Positions 30,499 through 44,200 of a stretch of 64,000 nucleotides of DNA are shown one piece after another. A model generated the notes under the pieces. It did not search any database, was not told where the DNA came from, and worked only from the letters and a program-made list of their open reading frames with translations. A program made the translations under genes and the position numbers. Origin of the DNA: Entomortierella parvispora E1425 (lineage: Eukaryota > Fungi > Mortierellomycota); contig BQFW01000009.1 of assembly GCA_020891255.1 (NCBI GenBank), forward strand, positions 62,001 to 126,000, in the 5' to 3' direction. Position 1 is the stretch's first letter. Each line of letters begins with the position of its first letter.

Positions 30499-31264
30499 AT
30501 CTACAGTATCGTCAGGCTGACTGACTGACTGGACCTGTCTGCCGTGCACTTACATGTCGCAGTACATGTACATAGCGTAGGTGTGCTCGAGTGCAACGAG
30601 ACGGACGTCTGCTTGGATTTGCACAGCGTGGATGCAGGCTGGTGACAAAGAGCAGGCCCGTCTGTCCCAAAGAGAAACGCAAAAGATCCATCCATCAGCA
30701 ATCATCCTCCATCTTGCCTGCCTCTCATCTCTTCTCCCTCGCCCGTTCTCTGCTCCATCCTCTTCTTCGGCAAGACGTCCATCCTCACAGCTCATCATCA
30801 GCCCCATCTTTCTCATCTGATTACCATCAAACAGGACCCTCAAACCAGCCTGCAAATAGGAAAAAAGAACCCATCTTTTTTTTATATTCGTTTTTTCAAA
30901 AAAGTGACCCAAACGGACTTTCCAAGGTGCACATCATAAGCACATGCATGTGAATGCCAGATGGAGCAACAGCGAAAAAGGTCCATCCTCTTCTAACACG
31001 CGTGTCCCGTTCTCTTTTGTTCAGTATAGTTGTTTCTTTGCCCGGCTGCATCACTCTGCTCACAGCAACTGACGGACTGACGGATAGACAGCAACCAGTA
31101 TCGTGACATCTGGACAGTGACCCCGGTGGAATCAGACAGTTCCATCCCATCAACACGCATCGCTATTTTCATATCGGGGATATTTGTCCTCTCGGCTGTC
31201 AGAGTTCCCTTCCCACGCAGCTGCTCGCTTCCAGGCAAGCCAGACACAGGACACATTGGACGCA

Positions 31265-33484
31265 ATGGCCCAGATAGTAGGCGCTGCAGGACCCACCAGG
31301 AGGCAGGCAGATTGGGCGGCCTTCTACAAGAACGGCCCTCCCAAGGAGGTCATTGTCATTGATGACGACACGCCGCCACCGCCCTCGCTCTCCTCATCCG
31401 CGTCGTCCTCCTCTTCTTCGACCCATACCGCCCCGACTGGACATTTGACCTCGTCCGGGACGCGCTACAAAATTACGAGACCTGTCATGCCACCCACAAC
31501 ACTGTATCATCCAACGCCAGACTCGCTCTCTGGTCCATCCTCAATACCCGTGCCTACGAGACGAGTCACCAGGAGAGCCAACAAGCGGTTGCCATCCACA
31601 GACTTGACACACTCCGAGATGTCCGGTCAATACGCGTACGCTGACAACACCCATGCTGCTCGAGTCGGTCAACCGGCGAATTCACACTACAGGACTGCCC
31701 AGCCCGTCATTGCCATTGATGAATCCCCAGCAAAGAAAAAGAGGAAATCCAATGCCGATTTGAAGTACATTCAACCCGTGCCACAGGCGAACCGAACAGT
31801 GCAATACGCTGCTCCCCAGCAAAATGCAACGACCACGAACGGAAATGTAAGGACTTGTCAAAGCGAACATGGCTGTGGTGTTTTTCTTGATCGCTAACCC
31901 TTTATGTGATCCGTTTCTAGACCGTAGTAAACGGTCCTCATTGGGATGACAAGGAGGGCCACTACATAGTAACACCGGGTCAAGAGTTCACCTCACGCTG
32001 TATGGCACTTTTGATGCACTCTATACCGTTTTCACGTCAAATTTCTACATGATGGGCTAATGACCTTTGTCGATATTGACTGTTCTGTTGATAGATGAGA
32101 TCATTCGGTTACTCGGACAAGGAACATTTGGCAAAGTGGTTGAATGCATGGACCGGGACACTGGTCGGCGGTGTGCCATCAAGATTATTCGTGCCATTCA
32201 AAAGTACCGCGACGCAAGCAAAATTGAGGCACGGGTATTGAGGACATTGAAGAAAAGCGATCCCACCAATGGATAGTAAGCCACTTAGTCACTTTATCCC
32301 TCGAATGTAAGGTATTATAGGATGCTGGCAGAAACTAACCCTCATGCTCGCCACGAATAGCAAATGCCTTCATCTGAACGACTGCTTCGACTACCGGAAT
32401 CATGTGTGCATGGTGTTTGATCTTCTCGGTCAATCCATCTATGACTGGCTCAAAGACAACCAGTTTTGCCCATTTCCACCCAACCAGATTCAACATTTCG
32501 CCCGACAGTTGTTGACAAGCGTAGCATGTAAGTCGATACACCATGGATGAAAAGTCTCCTTATCCTCCGTGAACAAAGACAGTGCTTTAGATATGCTTTT
32601 TAACACTTGTACCTCTCTTTCTTCTCTCCAGTTCTGCATCGCCTGCGCCTGATTCATACAGATCTCAAACCCGAAAATATCCTGCTGGCCAACGGTGCTT
32701 ACAAGCAGATGCCATACAGGGTACATATCACCTCTTTTTTTTTAAAAAAAACTGTGACAAGGAAATGTAGAGTACTATGGCATGTCATTAACGTTCGCCA
32801 TCCACTGTTGATTAGAAAACACCTACGTCAAAGATGCAGACCAGGAGAGTTTTACTCGACCCAGAGATTCGACTCATTGACTTTGGCAGCGCCACGTTTC
32901 AGGACGAGCACCATTCAACCGTCGTCTGCACGCGGCATTACCGTGCTCCCGAAATTATTCTTGGTACGGGACTTTGTCAATTGAGGGCAAGCAACGACAT
33001 GAGCTCTGGAGGGGTCAATCTAACAAGCATCTTTTTTCTTGGATATGTTGATAATGTTAGGTCTGGGCTGGTCCTACCCATGCGACATCTGGTCCATAGG
33101 GTGTATATTGGTCGAATTTCTGACAGGAGAGGCCTTGTTCCAAACACACGATAATCTGGAGCACCTGGCCATGATGCAAGCAGTCTTGGGACCGATCCCT
33201 GACAAACTTGTCCGCGCCACACAGTAAGCGAACCCCGTTTTCTATTGGACCCTTGGTCTCTGCATGTGCGACTTTGCACAAAAAAAGTTGTTGTTTACCT
33301 CTGATCTAATTCCGCGGAACAAACTCTCTCTCTCTGTCCCCTTAGCAAATCCTCACAAAAGTACTTTGTGCGTGGTCAGTTGGACTACCCCAATGATGAT
33401 ACCAAACGAAACAGTCGGCGATATGTCAAAGCCCTAAAGCCGCTCAAAGTAAGCAAAGGCTCTCCTTTTCTTTTTTTCTTTTTT

Positions 33485-33515
<31 letters not shown>

Positions 33516-33789
33516 GGCTTTATACTCCCCCAATTTGGCTTGCTTGAATACTAACAATGACATTGTGCTTGGTCAATGACAGGACTATGTTGTATCTGCC
33601 AGCAATCGGATCGAAAGTATGGCCTTCTCACAAGAGCTACGGGATCTCCTCCGATCGCTCTTGGCTTACGACCCCGAGGAACGGATCACAGCAGCCCATG
33701 CCCTAAAGCACCCGTACTTTAGCTACGTCGTAGACGAAGATGGCCATGTGCTGGGCAAAAAGTCGGGCAGCGAAACGATCATTATGTAA
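31265..33789 (+). CDS. lkh1: LAMMER/CLK dual-specificity protein kinase (Lkh1/Kns1-like), about 572 aa
   Basis: join(31265-31846,31921-31999,32095-32275,32361-32527,32632-32720,32816-32963,33061-33223,33346-33448,33583-33789). Motifs [36 protein letters not shown] and [11 protein letters not shown]. The exact start codon is less certain. Confidence 0.95.
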
Positions 33790-33858
33790 AATAAATTATT
33801 ATGATTATTTTTTTTTTTTCCTCTCTCTCTCTGTTTCTCCTCTCTTTCTCTCTTGTAT

Positions 33859-36800
33859 CTAAGGCTCTGATTTCATGTCTGAAGAATCCTTGAAAGCTGG
33901 GTCCTCCTCTGAATTGGGCGAGATGGGTGCCTGAACCGTATGCGGAGGTAAACCCTGTGTGGAGATGGACATGGAGGATCGTGCATTCTGACCTACTTCT
34001 TGCGTCGGTGACCGCGCTTGTGTCTCGGTTTCGGCAGCAGCCCCTGGGGAGGCAAAGGGCGCGGACTCTGATCTTGAGCCATCCCTGTCTACAGAGCCCT
34101 CCGTAGATCCCGATGCGGAGGAGCCTGATCCTCCAGCTGTCGTGGAGGAGGTTTGCGGCCGCCGCAGTGGGAATCTGATGGCCTGAAGCTGACCCATGTG
34201 AGAAGAAGGCGATCGCGAACTGTTGCTTGATGAGCCAGCACCTGGCAAGAAGGGGTACTCTAGTCGGGCATGTTCCCCCTGGCGTTTCAGTAACTTGGCA
34301 TAGTCTATTGTGCAGAAATGTCGAAATGAAAAAAGACGGGTCAGTCAAGTCTCTCTTTCTTTTTGTTTTTGTTCTCGCGAAAGGGTACTTACGAAGGCCG
34401 CAGGCATTGCAAAGGGTTCGAGCACCATCAGGTCCTCGGCGCCATTCTGGCGTGTCAGAGGAATCACAAGAAAGGCAACGTCCTGGAGGTTGCGTGCGTT
34501 TGGCACGTTTGCGGTATTTTTGATGAGACTCGTCTTTGGGTTTGCCGGTCTGATTTTTGCCTGCTTGGGTATCCTTGCCTTTGCCTTTGCCCTGTGCCTT
34601 GGGAGCCGCACCAGAGTTGGAGGGTTGGCTGCCACGATGGCGACCTTCTTGGTGTTCAGATCCAGGATTGAAGCCACGCTTCTCGTCTTGCGGATTATTA
34701 TCGCCATGGAGATGACCGTTGCTGAGATGTTGCATCTGTGAGGCCTCTCGGTGCCCCTTGGTAACAGAGTCTATTGATTTGCCTTTAGACTGTTGGGGTA
34801 CAGACTGAACAGGAATGATCGGTTGACTTTGCCGCTGCTCCATCTCACGCTGGCGCTCATGAAAGGTCTTGGAGACGCTTGAAGAGGCCGGCACGATGGC
34901 CCAATCCTTTTGGATGTTTCCATGTCGATCCAAGGTCGGGACCGACAAGGCCCCATCCATCATTAGACAGCGCTTCCCGCGAATAATGGTGATTTCCTCG
35001 TCCAGCTTGCGCTGCTCAGGGGTCATATTAACCCAAGATTTGATCCGGATAGCCAGCTGAAAGATTGAGGTCGCCGCTTTGGCCAGTTCATGGACCATCT
35101 CGTGCGTTGGAGGACCCTCCCCAAATTGGAGCCGTTGCTCGCTCTTGGAGTCGGGTCCTTGCTCCGTGTCCTTGCCTTCCTTTTGAAGCCCGATCAGCAT
35201 GGATGTGTTCATGTTGCGAATCATTTGCAAGTTGGCAAACTCGTTTGGGTCCAAAATCGGTTCTGACGAAGCTTCTTCCTCCTTCCATACGCCGTTTTCA
35301 GAACCGCGCCTGTCCAAAATGGCATGGTCTTGTCTCGACTGTTGCTGATGCAAGGCTTCCCCTGCAGATTGGTTAGCGTAGTGAAGTGCAAACTTGCATA
35401 GCGCGTCACATGACTCTATGGCGGCTTTCAGGTCCACGGTGTTGGGCATGTCGGTTCCAAACTTGAAGCGTTCATGCATGGCCGACCTGGAAACCCCGTC
35501 GTACAGCTCCATATCCTGGTCTTGCATTTTTCGATCATCCACCTCTGGACTGCTATCATAGCTCGAGTCCTGAGTACTGGCACCGGAATCTGCCATCGTG
35601 TGTGCACTTTTTTTCTTGACCAGTTGTTGTGAATAGCTCGTACGTCGGGACATGTGGTGAGGTGACTCAATGGGTGTGTGTACACGGATAGGTTCATCAA
35701 GGGGGCGATGTTGCGTCGGTGTTTGAGAACGATGATGGAAATATTGGGGTCGATGCTCTTGTTGTTGCTGTTCTTGTTGATACTGCTGCTGGCGAGATCT
35801 GAAATCGACTCTGTTGTCGTCCGACCCCTTTAAAGGCACATGTTCGAGACTATGTTGGCCACTGCTGGACCGCCGCCTTGGAGGTGAATTATGGCAATAC
35901 GACTGTGACTTTTGGCTCCATTCCTCATGGTTCTGCCTACTGTGCTGATCATAGGCCATCTCGTTACTGGTTGGTGAATTGGGGCGGTATCCTCGTGCCT
36001 GAGGACGATCCTCGTGAAGCTGGTAATCCAATCCGGACTTTTCTATTGAAGACCATGGTCCCTGTCGCCGGCCCTGCACTTTCTGGTCATATCTTGGATC
36101 GTGACCCTGATCCTGGTCCTGATAACAAGCACGGTCCTTGTCGGAGGGACGAAAAGGGTGGAGCTGTGCGATCGAAGAGAGAACAGCAAGGCCCTCCTCT
36201 GGTAGAATGGGAAGCTCAGCAGGCGGTGCGGCCCAGGTCCGTGCTCCTGCTGATGTTGGTATTGCTCCCGCGTCACCCAGAGATGATGTTCCGGCTCCAA
36301 TTTGCATCCCAGATTGTGGTGCTCTCAACCCTGCGCCCGTGCTTGTGCTTGTGTTTGCGCCAGTGCCCGATCGCACTCCGGTCACATCTCTTGTTGCTAC
36401 AGCTTTTGCTCCCTCTCCTCGATTATCTAGGCCCCCCTTCAGTGCATCGTCCGGCCGAGCTAATGACGGGCGATGAGGGTCATGGTTGTAGCGAGGGTAA
36501 GAGTGGGTATATGGGCCCGCGTCTGCCCTGGGTAAGGCAAAATGGCCGTTCGTGGGGCTATTGATCAGCCCCGGTGCGGCTTTCGAGGCGGAGGAGGGGT
36601 CAGACTGTGCTGTCGCTATTGTTGCTGTTGCTGCTGCCGAGTAGGATGCCATTGACTTTGAGGGCGAAGAGGAGGCAGGCTCAGAGCGCCAAGGTTCGCT
36701 AGTCAAGTCGGAGGTATGATCAATATCCATGCGATCGGCGATCACATTTTGATCCCAGGGGTCTTTGTCAGCATGAGCATGAGCGTGGTGGGCCTTGGGG

Positions 36801-37210
36801 TGCGGGAGGGCGTTTGAAGGATAGCTGCTGGACTGCGGTGAAGAGGGAGGATGGTGCACGGAGCTAGAAGCGGAAGAAGAGGAAGGAAGAGGGGGAGGTG
36901 CAGGGGAAGGATGTGGTTGTCGGTGGTACGGGTGTTGTTGTTGTTGTTGCTGACGGTAAAACTGCTGCTGCTGCTGCTGCTGGGGCGAGCCTGGAAAGTG
37001 CGGCTGCTGCTGCTGGTACTGTTGATGCTGGTATTGTTGATGCTGGTGCCTGTGTTGACCAGGAGGAGGCTGGTGGCGGTGGTGGGGTGAGTGATTGTGA
37101 TGACTGTGTCTGTCCGTCTCTGCGGTATGGGAGACATTCGGAGAGCGGGCCCAGTGAGCTGGTCCTGGAGATGGCGAAGGTCGAGTTTGGAGAGATGGAT
37201 AGTGATCCAT
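33859..37210 (-). CDS. GATA zinc-finger transcription factor (1,087 aa from ATG 37210; possibly 1,258 aa with an upstream exon at 37878-38362)
   Basis: complement(join(33859-34304,34393-37210)). CLSCDSSDTPEWRRGPDGARTLCNACGL|HYAK, a Cx2C-x18-Cx2C finger, is completed across the intron. The ORF track read through this intron. Confidence 0.92.
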
Positions 37211-37806
37211 GGTGTCAAAGCCCTGGGATGGATGGAAGCTAGCTCATGGACAGGGGGATTAGGGCGGGACGGGATGGATGCAGAAAAGAAGAGCGTACGG
37301 GGATGAGATGAGAGTATCACGGAGGACGGATGGATGGATGGAATGGATGAGGATAAAGATAGTCAAAGGGACCAGAGAAAGAGAGAGTGCGGAGAAAGGA
37401 GAGAGGAGGGGAGAGCGAGAAAGAGAAAGAGAAAGAGAATGGGCGATGAGAAGGGACATGCAGTAACGAAGTAACGAGCGATGAACGACGGAATGAACGA
37501 CGAGAATGAACGGAACGACCCAAAGACGCACGAACGAACGACAGAACGAACGAACGACCCAAGAGAAGAGAGCGGCAGGGAAAGAAGGGAAGGAAGGGAA
37601 GACAAGAACAACAGGAACAATTGGGCAAGAAAGAACAAGAGAAGCCAAGAGACGGAAGACTCTAGATGGCAGTAGAAAGTTGCGTAGAAAGTGCACCAGG
37701 TTGACTATGATAGGCGCAACCACAGCGATGGACAAGGAGACAAATGAATTGATGCACAGTGCTTCAGGGGGAGATGGGTCAAGATCGTAGATGTCCAATG
37801 TCGTCT

Positions 37807-37844
<38 letters not shown>

Positions 37845-40800
37845 GTGTTTTCTTCCCGTTGCAGATTGGAAACGCACCTCTTGTTCCGCTGTTGTCGCCG
37901 ATGCAGAGGCCCGATCTCGCGCTGATCTGTTGGCCCACGATGGGCCTCGAGGTGCAGCAGCGGGTGGTCTAGACCCCCTTTCTTGAATGGCGCGTCCTGA
38001 TAGCCTCTAGTTGCATCTTGATCCCAAGGAAGGTATGGATAACGGCGCTGCAGAGTATGTGAAAAGGGGGGCTCACTGTTTAGGCATCGCAAAGGCTGCT
38101 GGACTGACTGGACTTGCACCTGGAGGGCCTTGTCTTGGTGGTGTGGTTCGCAAATCAAACTCTTGTCCCTCGTGACAATTGACCGAAGCGGTGGCCGATC
38201 ATGAAACTGTCCACATTCATCACAACGCTTCACTGCTTCTACGTCTGCACTGAAATATATATCCGAGATCGACAGATTAGACTCAAGACACTGGAAAGAA
38301 GCGTTTGAGCCGCTGCGTGCCCGTGGATCATCCAGAGCATCTGCAGTCTGACGTGGGTTCATTGGGTGCGTTAGGTTCGCGGTTCTGATAGTTGTCGTGA
38401 CTTTAAGAGGGCGTTCCGCGGGCCAAACAGATCCTGCTGCGTGCAGTGAATTTGGTCCGATGGCTCTACTGCGCCATGAAAAAGGTAGGGTTCGGCGTCA
38501 GTCGGTTAGAAGACTCGATCTCACTGGAGACTTTTTTTTTAAAAAAAAATGCGACAAAACACTCCAAGACCAGCAAGGTGACGCGGAATCGGGCAAAGTG
38601 ATGTCAACTTGAGAATGCCAATTGGAAAATAGAAAAAAAAAGAGAGATGGCCAGTAATGGATGTTGATGAGAGAGAAAGAGGTGAAGGTCAGTACTGGTG
38701 AAAGATCAGATATTGAGCGAAAATCCCTTGAAAAAAAAAAAAAAAAAAAAAAAAAGAGAAGAAAAAAGACAATATGACAACTCCCCTGCTCCCTCATCGG
38801 GAAGCTTAGCTTGGTATCAAAGGCCAAGTAATTTCTCCAAATAGATTGGCAATCGGCAAGACGAGGGAGATCTAAGGAGATCGCGCGGTGCCTTTTTTTT
38901 TTTTTTTTTTTTTTGGTGCTGGATTGATTGAAAAGAATGAAAAAAATATATAATAAAAACAGGGTCGACGTTCCAGTGGCAACTCTACTCTTGCAACGGA
39001 GCCAAGGATACAATCTACAGGAGAGGAAAGAGGGGTCTCCCAGCATCAACAAAGGTCAATGTTATTTGGGCCTTGTACTGTTGTCCATGCTCAGGCTTTT
39101 CGGCGACGTAAAATGTTTTTGGTAGCTCGGCCCAAGGATCTTTTTTGATCGTTCATTATTGATCCTCCCTGAATCATGCATACCTGTAAAACCACACCTT
39201 GAAACGATGCACAAAATTTTCACAAGAAAAAAAAAAAAAAAGAGAGATTGGCAGTCTGTTCTCACATGGTGGCCCTTGCGGATCGTACATGCAACACTAC
39301 CGATGAAAGGTGCTGTTGTTGTTGTTGTTTTTCCTGCGGGTATAGGCATTTGGTAAGCTCTCAAAAGAGGACAGGGGAAGGGGTTCCAGAGACTGTCAGT
39401 AGACTCGTTTTGTTCTCCAAAAAGCATTTGCCCAAGGGCTTGCGCTGTTGCAACTTCCCTTCTTGCTCGGAAAAAAGTGCCTTTTTGTTTACAAACATCG
39501 AAGCTTCCTGCTCTCGACAGACATATTGTGTTTTGGCGAGGGGGTTTTAACGTTGGCTGACAATATGACACGAGGCTAGTATCTGTGAGAGGTAATCGGG
39601 GAACGTCGAGCATATCGTCCCAGTGGAGGTCAACTCTCTGAACAGAGACGATTTATTCAAGGGGACATGCTCTTAGCAATAAAGGAGAGTTGCTTATGAT
39701 GACCTTGCCACCCCCTTGCATCCTCTGCTGCGTCTTGATTGCGAAAACAAGTGAATCCCTGAAGAAAAAAGAAAGTGTTGGTACAGTGAACAATTGTACT
39801 CTTTGCTTCCGCCGAAAGAATACTCACTTTTGAGAACAATGATGGAACAAGGTTGTGCCTTATGCTTTGGCTGATGGCCTTCCGAACTGACTCCAACAGA
39901 TATGAGTGCGATCAATTGGAAAGTTGTGAAGAGGATGCAAAGTGAGTCGATCATTCTTTCACGAGAGCAAGGAACGAAAGGAAGCAACATGAAGGACTCA
40001 ATTGCTTCTGCCCTCTTGCCCACCCAGATCGAGTTTGGTAAGCATAGCCATGTTACACGAACTTTGAATGTTCAGGTACAAATCGTCAGATCGGCACTCT
40101 TTCGTCTGTTCCACGCTCACATTCACACATTGCTGTTGCTTAGCACATCCATGATCGCCTTTTGACGAGTCGTTTGCAACTCTGTTCCGTGGACCTCCTG
40201 ATGGTTTCCCGCGGATAAACAAAAAAAGTCTCCCGGTGACCCTGGTCGTGTCTGTTGGCGACAATCCAGTACCGTACATGTGCATGCACCGTGTCCATGG
40301 GCAGTGGCACAAATGCCTGGTGCATTCCGGAATCCGATGGCCTGGCAGTGGTTGGTCAGTCGAGCAGCAAAGGTGGGGAATTGACTTGGAACCCCTCTTC
40401 TGGCTGGTTTGGTGTGCACTCGTGAGGGAAATAGAAATGATCATTGCTACTGATGCAACACCGGACACGGCACAAATTGGGCAGCTTTCAGCTCTCTTTT
40501 TTTTTCCCTCTCTCTTTTTCTTTCCCTCTCTCTCTCCCTTTTTCAACTTGGGCAAAGAGACCCACTTTGTCCCGAACAAGAGAGGTTGCAGAAAAACGGG
40601 TGACGGGATCACGATGGAGAACAAACGGGGGGACAACAAACATTGAGGGCAAGAAAATGCGTTTTAGACAGGCAACCACTCTGTGGGGGGGAACACAGTC
40701 TACTTTGCGTGGTTTGTGGCCACAGGCTGACGACAGGGCTTGAAGTGGTTGGATGAGCTGTGCATGGTCCCTCTTCATCTCTTTTTCTGTCCCCTCTCTT

Positions 40801-41218
40801 CCCTGTCCCTTCTTTCCTGCCTAGCTACGAATGACGGGCAGTGCGGCGAGGGACTTGTTTGGCACCTTGACTTTGCATGCTCTATATTCCTGGTTCTGGT
40901 CTTGACTGAGTGTCTTTGAGGGCCACCAGCCCGTCCAAGTGACTCAAGGTGTTCCAGGGTATCACGAAAATGAGTCTGGTCATTCATAACAATCCACCGT
41001 CGTCGCTGTGGTTCCTCTCAACGCAGTGCCCATGTAAAAAGACAAGGACAGATCAAGTTTTCATATAGCCTCTTATTGGCAATATATAACCTCGTGTGGA
41101 GGCCCAGTCGCCAGCTTCACCCACGCCTTCTCTTTGCTTGTTCTCTCTCTTTTAGTTCTCCCACCCGAATCTTCATTTCACAGCAACCTTGTTAACTTTT
41201 CCTTCCACAATTGTACCA

Positions 41219-44200
41219 ATGACGCGTAAATCTTCGAAGCGCGCTGCACGATCGATTATAGTCTCACCCGACGTATGCTTTGTCAGCCCGATGGTCCTCC
41301 AAGAAAACTTTGCATGCATCAGCCGTGATGCCACTAAAGCAGTCTTGACCATAGATACGAAATTATGGAAAGCGGATCCTCGAGGTCGAGATATTCACAA
41401 AGTGAAGCAGACCTTTCGCAGCACCAGCAGCAGTAGCGATGAAAGTGTTATGAGTTTGTCCAGTCCATTGTCGGGGTCTTTGTCCCCCACTTCGTCTGAC
41501 AGCCAGGGCTCGACAGATAGACTAGATCTCATGGTCGACGCTCTTTGTGTTTCAATGACCCAACCCACTGCATCCAACGGGGTCGATCTGCAGGTGCAGC
41601 TGCAGCTGCAACAACAGCAACAGCAACAGCAACAGCAACGAATTCTCGGTGGGTGGAACGAGGTTCTCGTTTTGCACGTGACAATTCTCAGAGATCTTTT
41701 TTTCGGTGACGTTTTTTTTTTTTTGGAGAAAGGAAGTCAGCATTAACTCTTATCGCTCTTCCTCCTCCTTCACTCCTTCACTCCTTCACTCCTTCACCCT
41801 CACACTTTCACGTACACTCCCCACCGACCCCTTCTTCTCTACTCCTCTATCACACACCACCTCACCCTTTGCCCACCTTTCTCTAGAGAGCAAACAACGC
41901 GCATCCAGGAAGAAGAACCAGAAACGACGCGAGGCCGCCAAACGAAAGGCCCTTTTGCTTGCAGGATCGACCATGACCGCCTCCTCTGACCTCACTCCAC
42001 CCGCGCCAATGTCCAGCTCTGACGATATGACCCCTGAGGCCGATCCCAAGATCGAGAGTGAGCCTGTCAAGGAAGGGGCTCTGTCTCCATTCTCTGAACC
42101 CTCGTCACCGAGCCTCGTCTCCGAATCCACATTTTCCACATCCAACTCTGTCGAGCCTACCACACCAGCACTGCCCCAAGAACGAAGCAGTGACAATGAT
42201 ACACCTTTGGCAGAAGAGTCCATTGCTGAAGACACTGCTGCGCTGAATATCGAGGACGATCAGGATGGCAGCATCAACGAATCCGACGAGGCACAAGCCC
42301 AATCATCATCTGATAGTGCAACGGTTGCGACGCCAACCACCGAGGACTTGGACGTAGCTGATGCGATCGATTCACCAGATACCCTCCAAGAAGGTGGAGA
42401 TCGACAGAATGAGAATGCATCCCCACCAGAGTCTACCCCTATAGGCATTTCGTCCTGGGACATGGCCAGCGAGTCGGTAGCAACTGTGGCACTGCAGTGT
42501 CTGAGCAAGGACAAGGACATGGAGCTCTCTTATGTGGCCATCCTATCTGCCATGACGGTTTTGCAGACGGACCAGGAACAACCGTCAACTTTGGATGAAC
42601 ACACAGTGACTCTGAGCGATGAGGCTATTGAATCGAAACGTCGCGTGGCTGGCTATTTCTCGCAGATCCTCAGCCTGATGTGTGTTCCTGCAACGGTAGA
42701 GGGTCTTGGCAAGGAGATTCAGCAACAGGGAGTCATGGCGCCCGAGTCCCTTTACAGTCAGTTCTACGGCTCCATTCAACAAGCTGGATACGAGCTGGAT
42801 GTAAGTTTTATCTACGGACATCTGAACCGCTGCTGTCCAGCAGCTTGTTGCATTACTCTAAGGCAGTTATATCTTTAATCTTAATAGGATCAAGCTCATC
42901 TATCAATGGCGCAGTACTGGATGAACCGCAAAAGCTTTGAAGATGCCCAGGAATGTCTTCACCGCATCGACACTACCAGATGGTCCGATGTTGCATACCG
43001 CACGGCCATTCGATGCCTTTTGATGTCTAAACCTCGTCAACTCCATGACGCAGAGTCTACGCTTTCTCAGTGGATCAGCTCCCAGGATGGCAGTGAATCA
43101 TCCCAGAACACATGCAAGGAGTGGTTTCAGCTGCAGCTGGATGCTTCCAAATGGGAGGACGTGAAAGCTCTTTACGAAAGGAAGCGCTCCAGGCTCTTGG
43201 ATGCACCCTCCAACGATCGTGTTGCAGACGCAGAGAGCAGGCTCACTCCACAAGCCCTCCAGGATCATCAACAACACGAACAGTCCATGTCACCTTCAAG
43301 GAACCAGAAGCACCAAAGAAGCGTTTCTATCACCTCATCCACAACCACATCTTCCCATCGTCGCTCTCCTACCAACCAGCTCAGTTCGATCTCGGGTCAC
43401 CAACGATCGCCCTCTGGCCATCAGCGTACACCTTCCACAGCCAAGGCTTGGCCATCAGGAGCATCTGCAAGCGCTGCCTCTACCGCTCCTGCTGCTCCAA
43501 CGCCTTCTGCAACCAAGGGCACGTTTTCATTCCTGTCGTCGCTCAAATTTGGCGCAAAGACAGGCGAAGCAGGATCTCCTGGACTCGGGACTACGACGGC
43601 GTTGCCCAGTCGATTGAACGTGAATCGCCATTTGACAGTGTTGGACAACAGTATGCTGGAGGATTGTATCGCTCACAAACAGTTTGAGTATGGCTGGAAG
43701 AACATCTATGAGCGCATGGGGCCTACTCTGGAGGACGGGGACACGGCCAGAATTGCCATGCGTCTGTGCAGGAGGGCATTTTTGGGTCATAGCGGTCTTT
43801 CATTTGATCAGCCCGGTTCCCCCAACTTGATTGCAAAGGATATGTACTTTGACACGACAGACTCCTGTGGAGCCGACTCTGGATCCAAAGCCTCTGACAG
43901 TGACCCAGCCCTCTGGGAGGGTCGCGCGTGGGTCATTTACAACAAGGCAATGTTAAATCCACATGCATTCCTGTCTAAATCCACCGGGGTCTCATCTCAT
44001 CATCCACTCGCCCTTCAGGGTAACGTCGCAGGCGCAGGATCAACACCTATGGCCATGTTCTGGCATGATATCCTCACCATCTCGATCCATTCGCCCGAAG
44101 TCTCTTCTCGTTACTTGAAGTCGTTCAAGATCTACGTGGCCATGCGCAGTGATCCTGCTCATCACCAACAGCTCCGGGACCCTTTCGTGATGTCCTGCAT

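Noticed and set aside
33782-34392. ORF-track C-terminus of the GATA protein (RKYPFARTK…IIIIIYFT)
   Set aside because: It is intron read-through; splicing 34305-34392 restores the conserved CNACGLHYAK.
38400-41100. Several 60-210-aa ORFs in the long intergenic region
   Set aside because: They have low-complexity or homopolymer-derived composition and no motifs or splice chains. The region is most likely regulatory DNA for the GATA gene and its divergent neighbour.
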